Shown here in pieces: positions 44,192 to 45,368 of a stretch of 45,368 nt of DNA. A model generated the notes under the pieces. The model ran no database searches. It worked only from the letters and a program-made list of their open reading frames with translations, and was not told the origin of the DNA. The stretch is from the NCBI GenBank assembly GCA_050246815.1, contig JBFWVI010000025.1:1-45368 (forward strand). Direction: 5' to 3'. The stretch's first letter is position 1. Each line of letters begins with the position of its first letter. The DNA comes from Bdellovibrionales bacterium. Its GTDB lineage: Bacteria > Bdellovibrionota > Bdellovibrionia > Bdellovibrionales > UBA1609. Both the position numbers and the translations under genes were made by a program.

Positions 44192-45368
44192 GTGTCGAAG
44201 ATCACATCAAGTTCGACTGCTGAGTATTTTGCCAAGAACCTGCAGCAAGTGGGTTTTTCGTCGCCGACCAAGGCGGTTTTGACGACTTTGAAAGAGGCCG
44301 TCGATAATTCTTTAGATGCTTGTGAAGAGTCCGGGATCTTGCCGGAACTTAAGATTTCGGTGAGACGCATCGGCAACGGCTCTTCACGCAATACCGATTT
44401 GGTTGAAATCGTGGTCGAAGACAACGGACCAGGCATCGAACAAGACGACATCGCCAAAGTTTTTGGCGAATACCTAGCCTCTTCAAAATTCGGTCGTGGC
44501 CGGTGTTCGCGTGGTCAGCAGGGTATCGGTATTTCAGCCGCCACAACGTGGGCGCAATTGACCAACGCCAGTGGTGTGAAGGTGTTGAGTAAAACCAAGG
44601 CCATGCGCAAAGCGGTTTCAGCCATTGTCGATGTCGACATCAAGGGCAACAAAGGGATCTTAAAGAAAAAAGACATGGTGGAGTGGAACAAGCCTCACGG
44701 CACTCGGGTTGAATTCCGCATCGACGGACGCATTCAACTGAATGGTGACGGTGGCCTTTTGACTTACCTAGAGGGCACCACATTGGTGAACCCGCATTTG
44801 TCGCTGAATCATAAACTGCTTGAAGAAAATTGGGCCGAGATCGGCCGGGTTTCAGAGGAAATGCCGGTGGTGCCGCCACCCACTTTGCCGCATCCGCACA
44901 CCATGAAGCTCGGCGAGTTCATGACCCATGCCTCACTTTACGGCAAGATCACCCTGGTCAATTTTTTGAAAAAGGGTTTTTCGCGGGTCACAGATCAAAG
45001 CATCAAAGACATCATCGCCAAGGGTATGCCCAAGGCCTATTTGAATAAATTCTTGAATCAGATCTCGGAAGAAGAGTACAAAAAAATCTACCAAGCCATT
45101 CAAGAGACCGAACTGGTTAACCCTTCGACCAAGTCCGTTTTGACTGTGGGCGAGGAAGGTCTTGCCAAAAGTATTCAGCGATTGGGTGAGGTCGACTTTT
45201 TCAGCGTGATGACTCGCAAACCCACCATTTGCGATCACAAGCCGGTGGTGGTTGAAGTGGCCATTGCGCGTTTTGTCAGCCGAGGAGACGCGGACACTCA
45301 AGTGCAGCTGCTTCGTTTTGCTAACCGCGTACCGTTGCAGTTCGACAAAGGGGCTTGTGCCATCACCA
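44192..45368 (+). CDS. top6B: DNA topoisomerase VI subunit B (3' truncated by window edge)
   Basis: Manual translation from GTG 44192 (after GAGGA): SKITSSSTAEYFAKNLQQVGF...KEAVDNSLDACEE.GILP...VEDNGPGI...SSKF...SRGQQGIGISA...PHP...LRFANRVPL. Not listed in the ORF track because no stop lies in the window. Confidence 0.95.
   Translation, partial: MSKITSSSTAEYFAKNLQQVGFSSPTKAVLTTLKEAVDNSLDACEESGILPELKISVRRIGNGSSRNTDLVEIVVEDNGPGIEQDDIAKVFGEYLASSKFGRGRCSRGQQGIGISAATTWAQLTNASGVKVLSKTKAMRKAVSAIVDVDIKGNKGILKKKDMVEWNKPHGTRVEFRIDGRIQLNGDGGLLTYLEGTTLVNPHLSLNHKLLEENWAEIGRVSEEMPVVPPPTLPHPHTMKLGEFMTHASLYGKITLVNFLKKGFSRVTDQSIKDIIAKGMPKAYLNKFLNQISEEEYKKIYQAIQETELVNPSTKSVLTVGEEGLAKSIQRLGEVDFFSVMTRKPTICDHKPVVVEVAIARFVSRGDADTQVQLLRFANRVPLQFDKGACAIT

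Noticed and set aside
1..45368. CRISPR array, rRNA, IS transposase or prophage
   Set aside because: No regularly spaced repeats, rRNA-like tracts, or transposase or phage motifs were seen; nearly all of the sequence is accounted for by CDSs.

Overview
A gene-dense chromosomal window, most likely from a Bdellovibrionota (Bdellovibrionales-like) predatory bacterium. This is inferred from the ribF-aroE-like-pilBTCSR block without pilA, a topoisomerase VI B subunit, many orphan secreted proteins and sigma28-type promoters. Core content: GT9 LPS glycosyltransferase, SPFH/NfeD pair, three sigma54 enhancer-binding proteins, a CHASE2 kinase, ribF, type IV pilus genes pilB/T/C/S/R, a CsgA-like SDR, a YegD-like Hsp70, LysR, tRNA-Arg(TCT), folE, 2-oxoacid:ferredoxin oxidoreductase, lipid synthesis genes, serA with a D-2-hydroxyglutarate dehydrogenase-like gene, a REC/REC/HK/Hpt operon, grxD-bolA, HNH and top6B (runs off the end and is absent from the ORF track). 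Most notable: (1) an 839-aa secreted protein with a hydrophobic hairpin and a C-terminal divergent GGDEF domain sits where pilA normally follows pilR. It shares its architecture and an identically spaced, apparently leaderless sigma28-like promoter with a second large secreted protein at 2692, suggesting a modular attack-phase effector family. (2) A four-helix-bundle gene whose RBS and first ~27 codons are inverted relative to the rest. (3) An apparently catalytically dead AroE homologue upstream of pilB. (4) A SET-domain relic near the tRNA 3' end. All calls come from reading motifs by eye; no searches were run.
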